IMG/VR virus record: IMGVR_UViG_3300025882_000423
Direction: 5' to 3' (one strand)
Source of the DNA: an uncultured virus (IMG/VR IMGVR_UViG_3300025882_000423)
Lineage: Duplodnaviria > Heunggongvirae > Uroviricota > Caudoviricetes
DNA length: 64,000 nt
The position numbers and the translations under genes were made by a program. The notes under the pieces were generated by a model. The model was not told where the DNA came from. It did not search any database and saw only the letters and a list, made by a program, of their open reading frames with translations. Position 1 is the first letter of the stretch. Each line of letters opens with the position of its first letter. This document shows positions 50,042 through 59,441 of the stretch, piece by piece.

Positions 50042-51530
50042 GCTGGCTCCGAGTCATTTTGTTTAGATAAATCAAATTCAATACGATTAAAAACATCTGC
50101 AATTTTGTTTAATCTGATTTCGATTTCACAATTAGCTACATGTATGCTTACTGATGGATCGTCACCAGCCTTTAGCTGTTTTGCAAAATTGCAAACCACA
50201 TCAGCAAGCCAATCTTTAGCGGGTTGTTGTAAGTTTCCAATCATGGCTTACTCCATCGCACCGACAATTGGCATAACTTGCTCGCTAAGAAACTCAACCA
50301 CATCTTTGGTTTGCGCTGGGTTAAGCTCAATCGGCATACCGTAATCATTTAATCCAAATAGCATCAAGCAACCATCGTTGGTATATGCCACGCGGAAAGG
50401 TTTAGTAGCTTGCTCAGCCACTTTTGGCGCGATAGGCGTTGGTTTTGGTATAGATAAGCTCTCGTACACCTTATCAATATCAATTACTGGTGCATCGAGT
50501 GGCGCTTCTAGCAATGTAGTTGCCAAGTCAGCCATATTTTCAACGGCTTTTGTTTGCAGCTCTGGCGCACGCACGCGACTAGGTTCTACCTTGGCTGTAT
50601 CTTTCGGTGCATCTTCAGCCATATAAAACATGCGGCCTCTTCCATCTGGTACTGGCATGGTGATGACTTCGCTTCTTGCTATCTCATGTTTAATGTATGC
50701 ACATACGCCAGTTACGCCCATCGCTACGTCCAGCTCACCACCTGTAATGCCTGGTTGTTTTTTTATCAGTGCTAATGCATCTAATCTTGTACTCATCATT
50801 GTCTCCAAATGTTTGTTTCTCAATGGGCAAGCCGCGCGACCTGCAGGGGTGATTTGCCACATGCCACTTTTAAAGTCTGCGTAACCTTTTTTTTGCAATA
50901 CATTAGCTGCGTGCGCACCATCAAATCTGGTATTTAAGTCTGATCCATCTATCGGGCCAGCTCGAAGCACCTGCAGCGTTGCAATTTCAAGGGCACTCAG
51001 TTTCACGCGGCTTGCCTTTGCATGTGGTTAAGTGCAGCGCGGCCAGCTTCGGTGATGCTGTACACATAGCTTTTGCTCATTTCAATTGCGCCTTCGGCCT
51101 GCATTTTTGATAGCAGCTGCTGCAAAGACACATCAAACAAATGGATGTGCGAAATCATGTTTGGCACGGTGGCTGGTTGTGCTGCCAGCAGCTCTAATAT
51201 CTGCTGCTCGACGCTGCGAAAATAAAGCTGGTTAATCAAGTATTGCTGCATTGCTAAAACCCCCAAATTAAGCGACATGCCAAACAAAGTGCAAAAATTG
51301 GCACGGCTAGGTAAAATAAAATGGCTTTAATCATATGCATGTTATTTATGCGCCAAGTGCCAGCTCATATCCCAGTTATGATGCGTGGTGAGCCACACTT
51401 TAATAGTGCGTAAAGTGCTTTTAAATCTGGTATCGTTGATATACATCGCAGGTGTTGCCACACGCTTTGTGTTAGTTGTACGTGTTTTTACGCGGTGTAT
51501 CTGCGCCCAAGTTTGGTCATATTTAGTCAT
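50038..51530 (-). CDS. four early-region hypothetical genes (50038-50244, 50248-51006, 51003-51287, 51342-51530), two wHTH-like
   Basis: Closely packed ORFs; ITPAGRAA and ITEAGRAA wing-like motifs. Confidence 0.6.
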
Positions 51531-51660
51531 TGTGTTGCCTCCTGTTGAGTGTTTAAAAACGGGTCTTTGTGCTGCATGCGAACGGCTAAGACGATTACAA
51601 TTAAAATGTTGATCACCAGCCATGTTGCTAAAACATAAAAGAGTGTCATCTTGTCCTCCG

Positions 51661-52629
51661 CTATTTAATTGGGTGTAAGCACAGTGCTTGTGCGGCAATG
51701 GCATCAACCAGCTTGGTATCAAGCTCACGCCCTTTGCGAAACTGATTGACACTGGCGATTAAGCCTTCAACCAACATACGCGCCGAGCCTTGGCAGTAGG
51801 CCATCATGCGTTCTATCACTTCATCACTAATGTCTTCACCCGGAAAGGCGGCTTGCACCAGCGCTGCGCCATCATCTTTGGTGATTTTTCTAATCGTTTC
51901 AGGCCAAAAGCCTGTGCGGCTGCGGATTTGGTCAAACTGACCATGCTCTGGCTTAATCAAGCCGTTGAGGTATTCGGTACCACTTAACACCACGCCGATG
52001 TTGGCTTTGTCGCGTATGCGGCGCACGATATGCAGTTGCTTAGGCGTTAAGGTTTCAGCCTCGTCTAAAATAATCAGGCTGTCTGTGTCTTTAAGTTCTG
52101 ATATCACAGCCTCTAACATCACATAGTTGGTGCCGTGAGCATCTGGCCCCAATATGCGCTTGGCAAACTCTTTTACAATGGTTTGCGGCGTCATGGTTGG
52201 GTCGGCTTCAATCATGAAGGTGTTGGGGTTTTGCTTGGCGTAGTACTTTAGGCTAAAGGTTTTGCCTAAGCCTACATAGGCGCTAATCACGGCAAAGTTA
52301 CGATTGCGGCGCGCCATTGTGCAAGCGGTTTGCACCATTTTAAAAACACTGGTTTCAACCGCTGGCAATAGATCAGTCTCTTGCTCTTCAATGTGTTTAA
52401 TTGCGCTGATGATCTGCTCAATTATTTTGGTTGGGCTGGTGGCATAAGTGCCGCTTAAAATTTGGCTGATCGTGCTCACCCCAATGCGTGCCATACGTGC
52501 TAGTGCGGCTTGGCTGACGCGCTGTATATCATTCGTTGTTAATTTGCGCTCATCAAGCCAGTCTTTAACAATCTCAAGGTTTTTTAAGTCTTGGTCGGTA
52601 TATTCAGTGTCTGTTTTAGGTCTTGCCAT
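51661..52629 (-). CDS. MuB-like transposition AAA ATPase
   Basis: N-terminal HTH, GLGKT, IILDEAE, SRTG. Confidence 0.9.
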   Translation of the reverse strand: MARPKTDTEYTDQDLKNLEIVKDWLDERKLTTNDIQRVSQAALARMARIGVSTISQILSGTYATSPTKIIEQIISAIKHIEEQETDLLPAVETSVFKMVQTACTMARRNRNFAVISAYVGLGKTFSLKYYAKQNPNTFMIEADPTMTPQTIVKEFAKRILGPDAHGTNYVMLEAVISELKDTDSLIILDEAETLTPKQLHIVRRIRDKANIGVVLSGTEYLNGLIKPEHGQFDQIRSRTGFWPETIRKITKDDGAALVQAAFPGEDISDEVIERMMAYCQGSARMLVEGLIASVNQFRKGRELDTKLVDAIAAQALCLHPIK

Positions 52630-52643
52630 TGTTTTACCCTCCG

Positions 52644-54299
52644 TTAAATATCAGTTAAATCAAGTATCAGCGCTTCGCCGTCGTCGTCATCTTGCTGTTG
52701 CTCTATCGCAAGCGCATTGGTTAATGCGTCAACATCAATGACGCGCCCAGCACGTGCTTTTTGTTCTGCCATTTTTTTCTCAAGGCGTTTAAGTGCGTCT
52801 TCAGCACTGGCGATGCGTTTTTCTTCAAGCCTTGTGGTATCCACAGCATCGATGCGGCCAATCAGATTTGCATCGCATATCCAGCGGCCATCAAGCGTGC
52901 GTACAATGCCGACTTCGTTCACCATTAAGTCGTACTCAAGCAGTACTTTTTCGCCATTGAATGCAATCAAATCAGGGTGACCATAGGCGCGTTTACCATG
53001 CGTTAAGCAGGCGCGGCGCACTGTTAGCTCTACCACTTGACGTTTCAGATCATGCACAGTGGCGTGCGGTGGAATTGGCACTAAATCAGCCCACAGTTGC
53101 GCACGGGTAACGTGTTTGTTTTCAGGGTGTGGGCGGTTGTGGTAGCGCTCTAGCCACTCGTTAAAAGCTTGGGTAAACTCTTGCAGGGTTGGTGGTTGTA
53201 AACGACCTGCTTTAATCTCACGCACGGTGAGCTGCTGCACTTCACTTGCCATGTCGGTACCGCAATAAAACTGCGGGCGCCATAGCTTTAAAAAGTCGTC
53301 TTTAACGATTCTAAAGAAGCGCTCAATCCAGCCCTTACCGTGCGGGTTACCGGGGATAGAGTGAATGATTTGTTGTATGCCAATGCGCTTATAGAAGCCC
53401 ACTACATCATCGCTCATCAGTTTGTTTTTATAGCCCGAGCCGTTATCGATGTAGAGCATTGGTGGCACGTGGTTGTGCTGGTCGATGGCCTGCGCCCACA
53501 TGTTTTGTACAGCAATCGTGCCTTCGTGCTCATCGGCACGCCATGCTACGATTTGGCGGCTGTGTAAATCCATGCCGACAGTCAATTCAGGCCGCCATAG
53601 ATCACCAGTAACAGGGTGCGCTAAGTAAATGTCTGCTCTATAACCGTCAGCCACATATACATCGCCCGCCAGTGCGTTTTCTGTGCTGCGGCGTATGTAG
53701 GCTTTTTCAGTTAGGCGGTAGAGATTTTTACCAATACGTGCTGGGCTGTTGCGGCCTAGCATGGCAGGCACGCTATTAAGGTAATGGCGCACTTGGTCAT
53801 AGGTGACCGCAAAATTATCAACCTCAACCAAGCGGCGATGCACTGCGCTAATGTCTGGTTTGCCCGGGTTGTTAAAGTACTCGAGCGCAGGCCCCCACCA
53901 GCTGCTTGACTCTACCACGCGGCCTTTATGATCTGGCAGTAAACCGATTAAACCTTCGGCTTTATAGTCAGCCATCCAAGCGCAGATGGTTGAGCGAGTT
54001 GGGCTGGTGCGGTCTTTTTTAGCTGTTGCCGCCATTGCGTTGGCTATGTGTACTGGCAGGCGTTTTGACTCGTTACGCTCTAACAGTAAGGCAACAGCGT
54101 TGTTTTGACTCACGCCATCTAACACCATGCTTTGCAATGTGTTGACAATAATTTCACGCTGCATTGCCACCTCACGTGCCTTGGCTGTTGATTCTTTCCA
54201 AGGGTCGCGTGCGCGCATTGCTAACACGTTATTGGTTGGCAGCACTACTTTACCGCCTGTGGGCGGGGTGACATGCATCATCATGGCCTTGGCTCCCAT
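52644..54299 (-). CDS. Mu-type DDE transposase A
   Basis: VADG, YIDNGSGY, KGWIERFF, YHNRPH. Confidence 0.93.
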   Translation of the reverse strand: MGAKAMMMHVTPPTGGKVVLPTNNVLAMRARDPWKESTAKAREVAMQREIIVNTLQSMVLDGVSQNNAVALLLERNESKRLPVHIANAMAATAKKDRTSPTRSTICAWMADYKAEGLIGLLPDHKGRVVESSSWWGPALEYFNNPGKPDISAVHRRLVEVDNFAVTYDQVRHYLNSVPAMLGRNSPARIGKNLYRLTEKAYIRRSTENALAGDVYVADGYRADIYLAHPVTGDLWRPELTVGMDLHSRQIVAWRADEHEGTIAVQNMWAQAIDQHNHVPPMLYIDNGSGYKNKLMSDDVVGFYKRIGIQQIIHSIPGNPHGKGWIERFFRIVKDDFLKLWRPQFYCGTDMASEVQQLTVREIKAGRLQPPTLQEFTQAFNEWLERYHNRPHPENKHVTRAQLWADLVPIPPHATVHDLKRQVVELTVRRACLTHGKRAYGHPDLIAFNGEKVLLEYDLMVNEVGIVRTLDGRWICDANLIGRIDAVDTTRLEEKRIASAEDALKRLEKKMAEQKARAGRVIDVDALTNALAIEQQQDDDDGEALILDLTDI

Positions 54300-54301
54300 T
54301 T

Positions 54302-55405
54302 TTACTCAGCCTTGGCTTTAGCTGGGCGACCACGACCACGTGGCTGGTCTGCATCACGTTTAATTTGACGTGCTGCCTCGGCAGCGCCGTGTGCGTTTTT
54401 GAGTGACTCAAAATCAAGCTGCCATCTTTCAGCCTCTGCAGGTGTTAGCACATGCTGGCCTTGTACGCGCTCTGGTAACTCTGGCGCGCGATTTCGCATA
54501 GCTTCTATGATGCTTAAACCTTTTGATACAGCTACACAGGTGGCGATATAGACTTGCTCAATACATAAATTCACTTCAAGAAATGTTGCTTGCACAAAAG
54601 ATGATTCAAACAGCTGTTGAAGACTTTTTAAATTGAGTTCAACGCCTGCTTGTAAAACCATAGACTCTTGACGACAATCTTCGGTGAAGCGGTCAAACTG
54701 GGTGATGCGTTGCTGTTTTGAAAGGCGCTCAATTAGCATTTCTTGGCGCTCAATTTCGGCATCCATATTTTTGGTGCGTCTGCCGCTAGCTTCTAAATCT
54801 GCCTCAAGGTTGGTAACTTTTTCATTGAGTTCGGCTTTGTCTTTTTGATGTTTTGATACGATTCCATCTACTAAATCAATCAACTCATCTTTGTTGCCAG
54901 AATTAGCAACTTGCTCAATCATTGCTCTATCTGTATCAGATACCTGTCTAATTGACCGCATGGTGGATGGGCCTATGCCAATTTTCCGCAAAGCATCGAA
55001 CGTAGGCTGACCGAGTGACTCTAGATTTAGAATTTCTAAATCAATTGTTTTGTTGCTGCGACCTTCACAGTACTGACAAAAATCTGACCAACTGCTAACC
55101 GTTAGCAGTTTTCCATCTACGATTAACTGAGCACCCTTATAAGCTTTGGTTTCCTTAATGTTAATTAGGTCTATTAAATCGCTAACCGTTAGCAATTTTG
55201 TTACTGCGTCAATCACAGATTTTCGCCCAATACGCTGATTAATTAGCGCCGTTGCTTCATGTGTAGAGTGCTCTACATCTAAACCAAGCGCGTCTTCATT
55301 AGAAGGGATGGCTACAGCTTTTTTTAATTTATTTGGTAGGCCATTTGTTTGGCTGGATAAGTTAATTAAATCTAAATCGATTTCATTAGTCATGATTAAC
55401 CTCAA
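54302..55405 (-). CDS. hypothetical coiled-coil protein upstream of the transposase
   Basis: 367-aa ORF ending in RGRGRP; likely start MTNEID. Confidence 0.75.
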   Translation of the reverse strand: MRLIMTNEIDLDLINLSSQTNGLPNKLKKAVAIPSNEDALGLDVEHSTHEATALINQRIGRKSVIDAVTKLLTVSDLIDLINIKETKAYKGAQLIVDGKLLTVSSWSDFCQYCEGRSNKTIDLEILNLESLGQPTFDALRKIGIGPSTMRSIRQVSDTDRAMIEQVANSGNKDELIDLVDGIVSKHQKDKAELNEKVTNLEADLEASGRRTKNMDAEIERQEMLIERLSKQQRITQFDRFTEDCRQESMVLQAGVELNLKSLQQLFESSFVQATFLEVNLCIEQVYIATCVAVSKGLSIIEAMRNRAPELPERVQGQHVLTPAEAERWQLDFESLKNAHGAAEAARQIKRDADQPRGRGRPAKAKAE

Positions 55406-55550
55406 GACGTGAAATTTTTTTAATAAACATAGATTTAGAAATTAGAAATACCTCTTCTAAATATTTTCTATCTTTGGAAGATAGTTTTTCTTCAGGTACG
55501 CCACATTCTTTACATGCAGCAGTAATCATGGGGTTTAATAATTCATCCAT
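55386..55550 (-). CDS. 54-aa hypothetical protein (not in the ORF track)
   Basis: Manual translation MDELLNPMITAACKECGVPEEKL...EVNHD; fills the gap between two coupled genes. Confidence 0.55.
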   Translation of the reverse strand: MDELLNPMITAACKECGVPEEKLSSKDRKYLEEVFLISKSMFIKKISRLEVNHD

Positions 55551-55552
55551 AA

Positions 55553-55747
55553 TTAAGCCGCCTCTTTAATGCCAAGCGCGACAGCTGCTTTGTGTGCTTT
55601 ACCGAAGTTACCGTGGTTTCGACCATTCAATACTGCTACTACTGTTGGGTAGTCACAGCCAATGTCTTTAGCGATCTCTTTAAAGGTTTTACCTTGTTTT
55701 AAAATATGGGCTTTTGCCTCTTGTGGAGTGAGTAATTTTGGTGTCAT
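55553..55747 (-). CDS. Ner/Cro-like DNA-binding protein
   Basis: TPQEAK, VLNG...GKAHKAAVALGIK; divergent from the repressor. Confidence 0.85.
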   Translation of the reverse strand: MTPKLLTPQEAKAHILKQGKTFKEIAKDIGCDYPTVVAVLNGRNHGNFGKAHKAAVALGIKEAA

Positions 55748-55836
55748 AATGAATACCCTTTTTTATTAAATCTGAACATAAATTATCAAAGTGTTCACAT
55801 TATGATAACTCAAGTTCTCTTTGTCAAGAGGTTTAT

Positions 55837-56301
55837 ATGAATATTGATTCTCAATTTGGCGAACGCCTTAAAATAGAGCGAAAAAGATTGAACTATAGCC
55901 AGCAAGCCGCAGCTGATTTGGTTGGAGTTAGCCGTGAAATGTGGGGTAAATATGAGCGCGGCTCTAAGCCTGGTGCAGATGTTATAAAGAAGATGAGCGT
56001 ATCTGGCTTTAATGTTCAATATTTACTCGTTGGCGAACATACCTTGGCGGTTGAAATATCGGTCGAGGAAATAGAGCTGCTGGATAAATTTAGATTAAGT
56101 CCAATACAGGCGCAGGCAGCAGTATTAAATCTATTGGACATTACATCCAAGAGAGAACAAAAGTTAACATCAACTGAGAATGTATATGAAGCTGCAAATA
56201 ACCACTCGAACTTAATAGCCGCTCAAAAAAGAGCTAAATATGGAGATGACGAACCTATTGTTTTGGATTTAAATAATCCGTCTTTGGGAGGTAAAAAATG
56301 A
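55837..56301 (+). CDS. XRE-family prophage repressor
   Basis: GERLKIERKRL..SQ..AADLVGVSR..WGKYERG. Confidence 0.9.
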   Translation: MNIDSQFGERLKIERKRLNYSQQAAADLVGVSREMWGKYERGSKPGADVIKKMSVSGFNVQYLLVGEHTLAVEISVEEIELLDKFRLSPIQAQAAVLNLLDITSKREQKLTSTENVYEAANNHSNLIAAQKRAKYGDDEPIVLDLNNPSLGGKK

Positions 56302-56702
56302 AATATTCAATTCTATTGATTACATTGGCCTTAATATCGCCAACTTCCTATGCGGAACCAACAAAGGCAAAGGCTGAAAAGTGGCGTACAGAGTTCAGAG
56401 CAGCAAAAGATAAAGTATTTGACGCATTATTTATCACTAAAACTAGCGAACATCAAAATCTCACTAAAAAACTAAATCAGCTTAATGCGCAAGCAGAAAA
56501 ACTATTCGGTAAGCCGATGACTTCGGAATTAGCGAGCTGTACTATTGCCGCGATAGACTTAAAAGGTGTGTGGCAGCATATAGCAGAAATAGGCCGCACT
56601 GGACAGTTGGATAAAATGGTGCCGTCAGGGATAGCTTATGCGGCATGGAATGGTGGAGAGCATTATCCAGAATGCTTAGATGCAATGGACAAACTAAAAT
56701 AG
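56298..56702 (+). CDS. exported hypothetical protein co-transcribed with the repressor
   Basis: Signal peptide ending SYA-EP; two Cys. Confidence 0.7.
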   Translation: MKYSILLITLALISPTSYAEPTKAKAEKWRTEFRAAKDKVFDALFITKTSEHQNLTKKLNQLNAQAEKLFGKPMTSELASCTIAAIDLKGVWQHIAEIGRTGQLDKMVPSGIAYAAWNGGEHYPECLDAMDKLK

Positions 56703-56768
56703 GCGCTTTGACTCTCTAGGGGTTCCGGCGCTCAGGCTTCATTAAGCACCAGTTAAACCGCTAATATA

Positions 56769-56818
56769 CACCGCGAAACATTTCGCGCCTCATTAAATCT
56801 CACGCGCGCGCGTAAGCT
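56769..56818 (+). promoter_or_regulatory. late promoter with activator dyad (lysis operon)
   Basis: CACCGCGAAACATTTCGC-N26-TAAGCT. Confidence 0.75.
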
Positions 56819-56837
56819 CTTATCATCTTAACGATGA

Positions 56838-57215
56838 TTGGAGCTTGCAATGTTTGACTTTATTACCCGTTTTAGTTTTAAACTCCCACGCCTTTTTGGC
56901 TTGCTGTTGCTCAATGTAGTTCTTATTTGCATTGTGCTGGCATTTTCGCCACAGCAGTTACCCGTCACTCTTTATAAGTTATCTCTGGTCACGCTGGCAG
57001 GCTTTGCTGGCTATTGGCTAGATCGTGCGCTATTCCCTTATGCTCGCCCTGATGACTTTGTGGTGTATCTGCAAGAGGTCAGCACATTCAGCCCCGATAA
57101 CCATTATCAAAAAGTACGTGTTAAGTCTGATTATCAATGGGCGTTTTGCGTGAGCATGTTACGGCGTGCCATTGTGGTGGGCGCTGCGATGTTATCTTTA
57201 GGCTTAGGTGCTTAA
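56838..57215 (+). CDS. putative holin
   Basis: YKLSLV...GYWLDRALFPYARP, RRAIVV; first gene of the lysis cassette. Confidence 0.8.
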   Translation: MELAMFDFITRFSFKLPRLFGLLLLNVVLICIVLAFSPQQLPVTLYKLSLVTLAGFAGYWLDRALFPYARPDDFVVYLQEVSTFSPDNHYQKVRVKSDYQWAFCVSMLRRAIVVGAAMLSLGLGA

Positions 57216-57852
57216 CATGCTTAGCAGAAGTGATATTCGCTATGTGATTGCATGGCTCATATTTATTGTTTGCGTTACCTACTATATGAGCGAGGCAGAG
57301 GCAGACCCTCTGCCAGCTAACGCAATTAAATACCGCGCTACGCTCACTCGTGAGGCACAACAGGTTTGGGGTTTAAATGCTCCAGTGCCAGTGTTTGCCG
57401 CGCAAATTCAGCAAGAGAGCGCATGGCGTACCGATGCGCTAAGCCGCGTGGGTGCGCAAGGCATGGCGCAATTTATGCCTGCTACTGCTAAGTGGTGGTG
57501 TGATCTCAATAAGCTTAGCCTGCTAGATTGCCAACCCAATAACCCACAGTGGGCGATGCGCGCACTGGTTGGCTATGATAAGTGGCTGCATGACCGCGTG
57601 TGGGGTGATAGCGAATATGATCGCCTACATGCTGCATTGCGCGGCTACAACGGTGGCCTAGGCCATTGGATGCGCGAAGCTGCAGTAGCGCAATCACGCA
57701 AGCGCACGCTAATAGATGCTGCCTGTGGCAAGGCACGCAGGCATATTATCCACTGCAAAGAAAACCTAAGCTACCCCAAACGCATTTTAAATGTGTATCA
57801 ACCGCGCTATTACGGCTGGGGTAGAGCTGTGATGATGACAGGAGGTGTGTAA
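57208..57852 (+). CDS. SLT-type lytic transglycosylase endolysin with N-terminal TM/signal
   Basis: QQESAW, GAQGMAQFMPAT, YNGG. Confidence 0.92.
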   Translation: MLNMLSRSDIRYVIAWLIFIVCVTYYMSEAEADPLPANAIKYRATLTREAQQVWGLNAPVPVFAAQIQQESAWRTDALSRVGAQGMAQFMPATAKWWCDLNKLSLLDCQPNNPQWAMRALVGYDKWLHDRVWGDSEYDRLHAALRGYNGGLGHWMREAAVAQSRKRTLIDAACGKARRHIIHCKENLSYPKRILNVYQPRYYGWGRAVMMTGGV

Positions 57853-58083
57853 ATGGCTGAAGATACGCAAACCGCTGTGGCCGTGACGCCACCAACCAAG
57901 CCTTGGTATAAAAGCCGCACGATATGGTTTAACGTGATTGTGGCGATACTCATTGCGCTAGAAACTGCTTTGCACATTGTGCAGCCGTTTATTCCCGGCA
58001 ATATTTACGCCTGGTCTTTATTGCTTTTAATCATTGTTAATGCTGGCCTGCGCATTATTACCAGCCAAGGCTTAACGCTATGA
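57853..58083 (+). CDS. second holin-like membrane protein
   Basis: KPWYKSRTIWFN plus two TM segments. Confidence 0.65.
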   Translation: MAEDTQTAVAVTPPTKPWYKSRTIWFNVIVAILIALETALHIVQPFIPGNIYAWSLLLLIIVNAGLRIITSQGLTL

Positions 58084-58631
58084 AATACATCATTCCACCT
58101 TGGGTTAAGCTGCTCGTCATTGTTGGCATTATCGCTGGTTTTGCATTGTATTTTTACCAAGCTGGCGTTAAGCACGAGCGCACTAAGTGGCAATCTAGCC
58201 AACATTTAGCCTTAATAGCAGCAGCTGAAGAAACCACCAAGCTAGAAGCCGCCAACCGCAAGCTAGAGCGCGATATGGCAAGCCAAGCCGCCCAATTATC
58301 CAACTTTTATAAAGGCCAACTCAATGAAAAACTTGCCCAAAAAGAGCGTGTTATTGTTAGTTTGCGCGCTGGCGCTCAGCGCTTGTCAATCCCAACCCGT
58401 GGCGGTCAAAACTGTGCCAGTGCAAATAGCAGTCAACCCGCCAATAGACCCAGCATTGCTGAAACACCGCGAGCCGAACTTTCTGATACGGCTGGTGAAT
58501 TTCTTGTCGGACTCACCACCGAAGCCGACGAAGTAGTGATTGAAAGTAACCACGTTAAAGATTTACTCGCGCAATGTCGTGCGCAAAACCAACAACAACA
58601 ACGCATTGAAGGGCTGCAAAATGGCAACTGA
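58080..58631 (+). CDS. Rz-like i-spanin
   Basis: N-terminal TM, coiled coil, LRAG..RLSI, EADE. Confidence 0.8.
   Translation: MKYIIPPWVKLLVIVGIIAGFALYFYQAGVKHERTKWQSSQHLALIAAAEETTKLEAANRKLERDMASQAAQLSNFYKGQLNEKLAQKERVIVSLRAGAQRLSIPTRGGQNCASANSSQPANRPSIAETPRAELSDTAGEFLVGLTTEADEVVIESNHVKDLLAQCRAQNQQQQRIEGLQNGN
58324..58536 (+). CDS. Rz1-like o-spanin lipoprotein embedded in Rz
   Basis: Lipobox LSAC, Pro-rich mature part, nested in another frame. Confidence 0.75.
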   Translation: MKNLPKKSVLLLVCALALSACQSQPVAVKTVPVQIAVNPPIDPALLKHREPNFLIRLVNFLSDSPPKPTK

Positions 58632-58947
58632 AGACGATTTAAAAGAAGTGATTAAAGGGTTTGGTGAGCTGACAGGCAAGATGGATTTTATTCATTCGAG
58701 CATTACCGAAAACTTTAGAACCATGCGTGAAGATATGCGCCGCATGGAAGACGCCAATAAAGCTAATATGCAACACCTTGAAGACCGCCTCAATACCAAG
58801 GTGGATAGCTTGGGTAAGCGCGTGGCCAGCCTTGAAAGCGCTGAAAAAGACAATATTAAGCTTACCGCTAAGCACAGTGTTGGCTTGGCTGCGGTTGGCA
58901 GCGCAATAACTTATGGCTTTGTAGAACTCTTGAAACGGTTGCACTAA
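58621..58947 (+). CDS. coiled-coil protein with C-terminal TM
   Basis: Between the spanin and small terminase genes. Confidence 0.65.
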   Translation: MATEDDLKEVIKGFGELTGKMDFIHSSITENFRTMREDMRRMEDANKANMQHLEDRLNTKVDSLGKRVASLESAEKDNIKLTAKHSVGLAAVGSAITYGFVELLKRLH

Positions 58948-59441
58948 TGGCACATAACCAGCAAACCCGCGATAACGTAAGGCGACTTTATATTGAAGGT
59001 ATGCCTCTGAGCGGTGCCTCTGTCACCACAGGGGTGAGCTATGAAACTGCGCGCGATTGGAAAGCAAAAGCTAAATCAAACGGTGATGACTGGGATACTG
59101 CACGCACAGCGTATTTAGTGAGTGAGCAAGGCGTTGATGAGTTGATGAAGACGCTCATCGAGCAAATGATGCGCCAAGCCGTGACTACTATGCGCGAAAT
59201 TGAAAATGCGCAAATGAGTGCGCAAACTAAGGTTGAGCTGCAAGCGCAGCTAAGTGATGCCGTTTCAAAATTCAGTAAGTCAATGAGCCGCATTAACCCT
59301 AAACTTGGTGCGCTGAGTGTGAGCTTAGACACACTTAAAACTATTGCGGATTACCTCGCTAAAAACGATAAAACTGCGCTGGCACAATTTCAAGAGCACC
59401 TAGAGGGCATTGGTGCCGTATTACAGGCACGCTATGGCTGA
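58947..59441 (+). CDS. DUF1804-like putative terminase small subunit
   Basis: MAH...R..VRRLY, TARDWK......GDDWD.AR.A. Confidence 0.8.
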   Translation: MAHNQQTRDNVRRLYIEGMPLSGASVTTGVSYETARDWKAKAKSNGDDWDTARTAYLVSEQGVDELMKTLIEQMMRQAVTTMREIENAQMSAQTKVELQAQLSDAVSKFSKSMSRINPKLGALSVSLDTLKTIADYLAKNDKTALAQFQEHLEGIGAVLQARYG

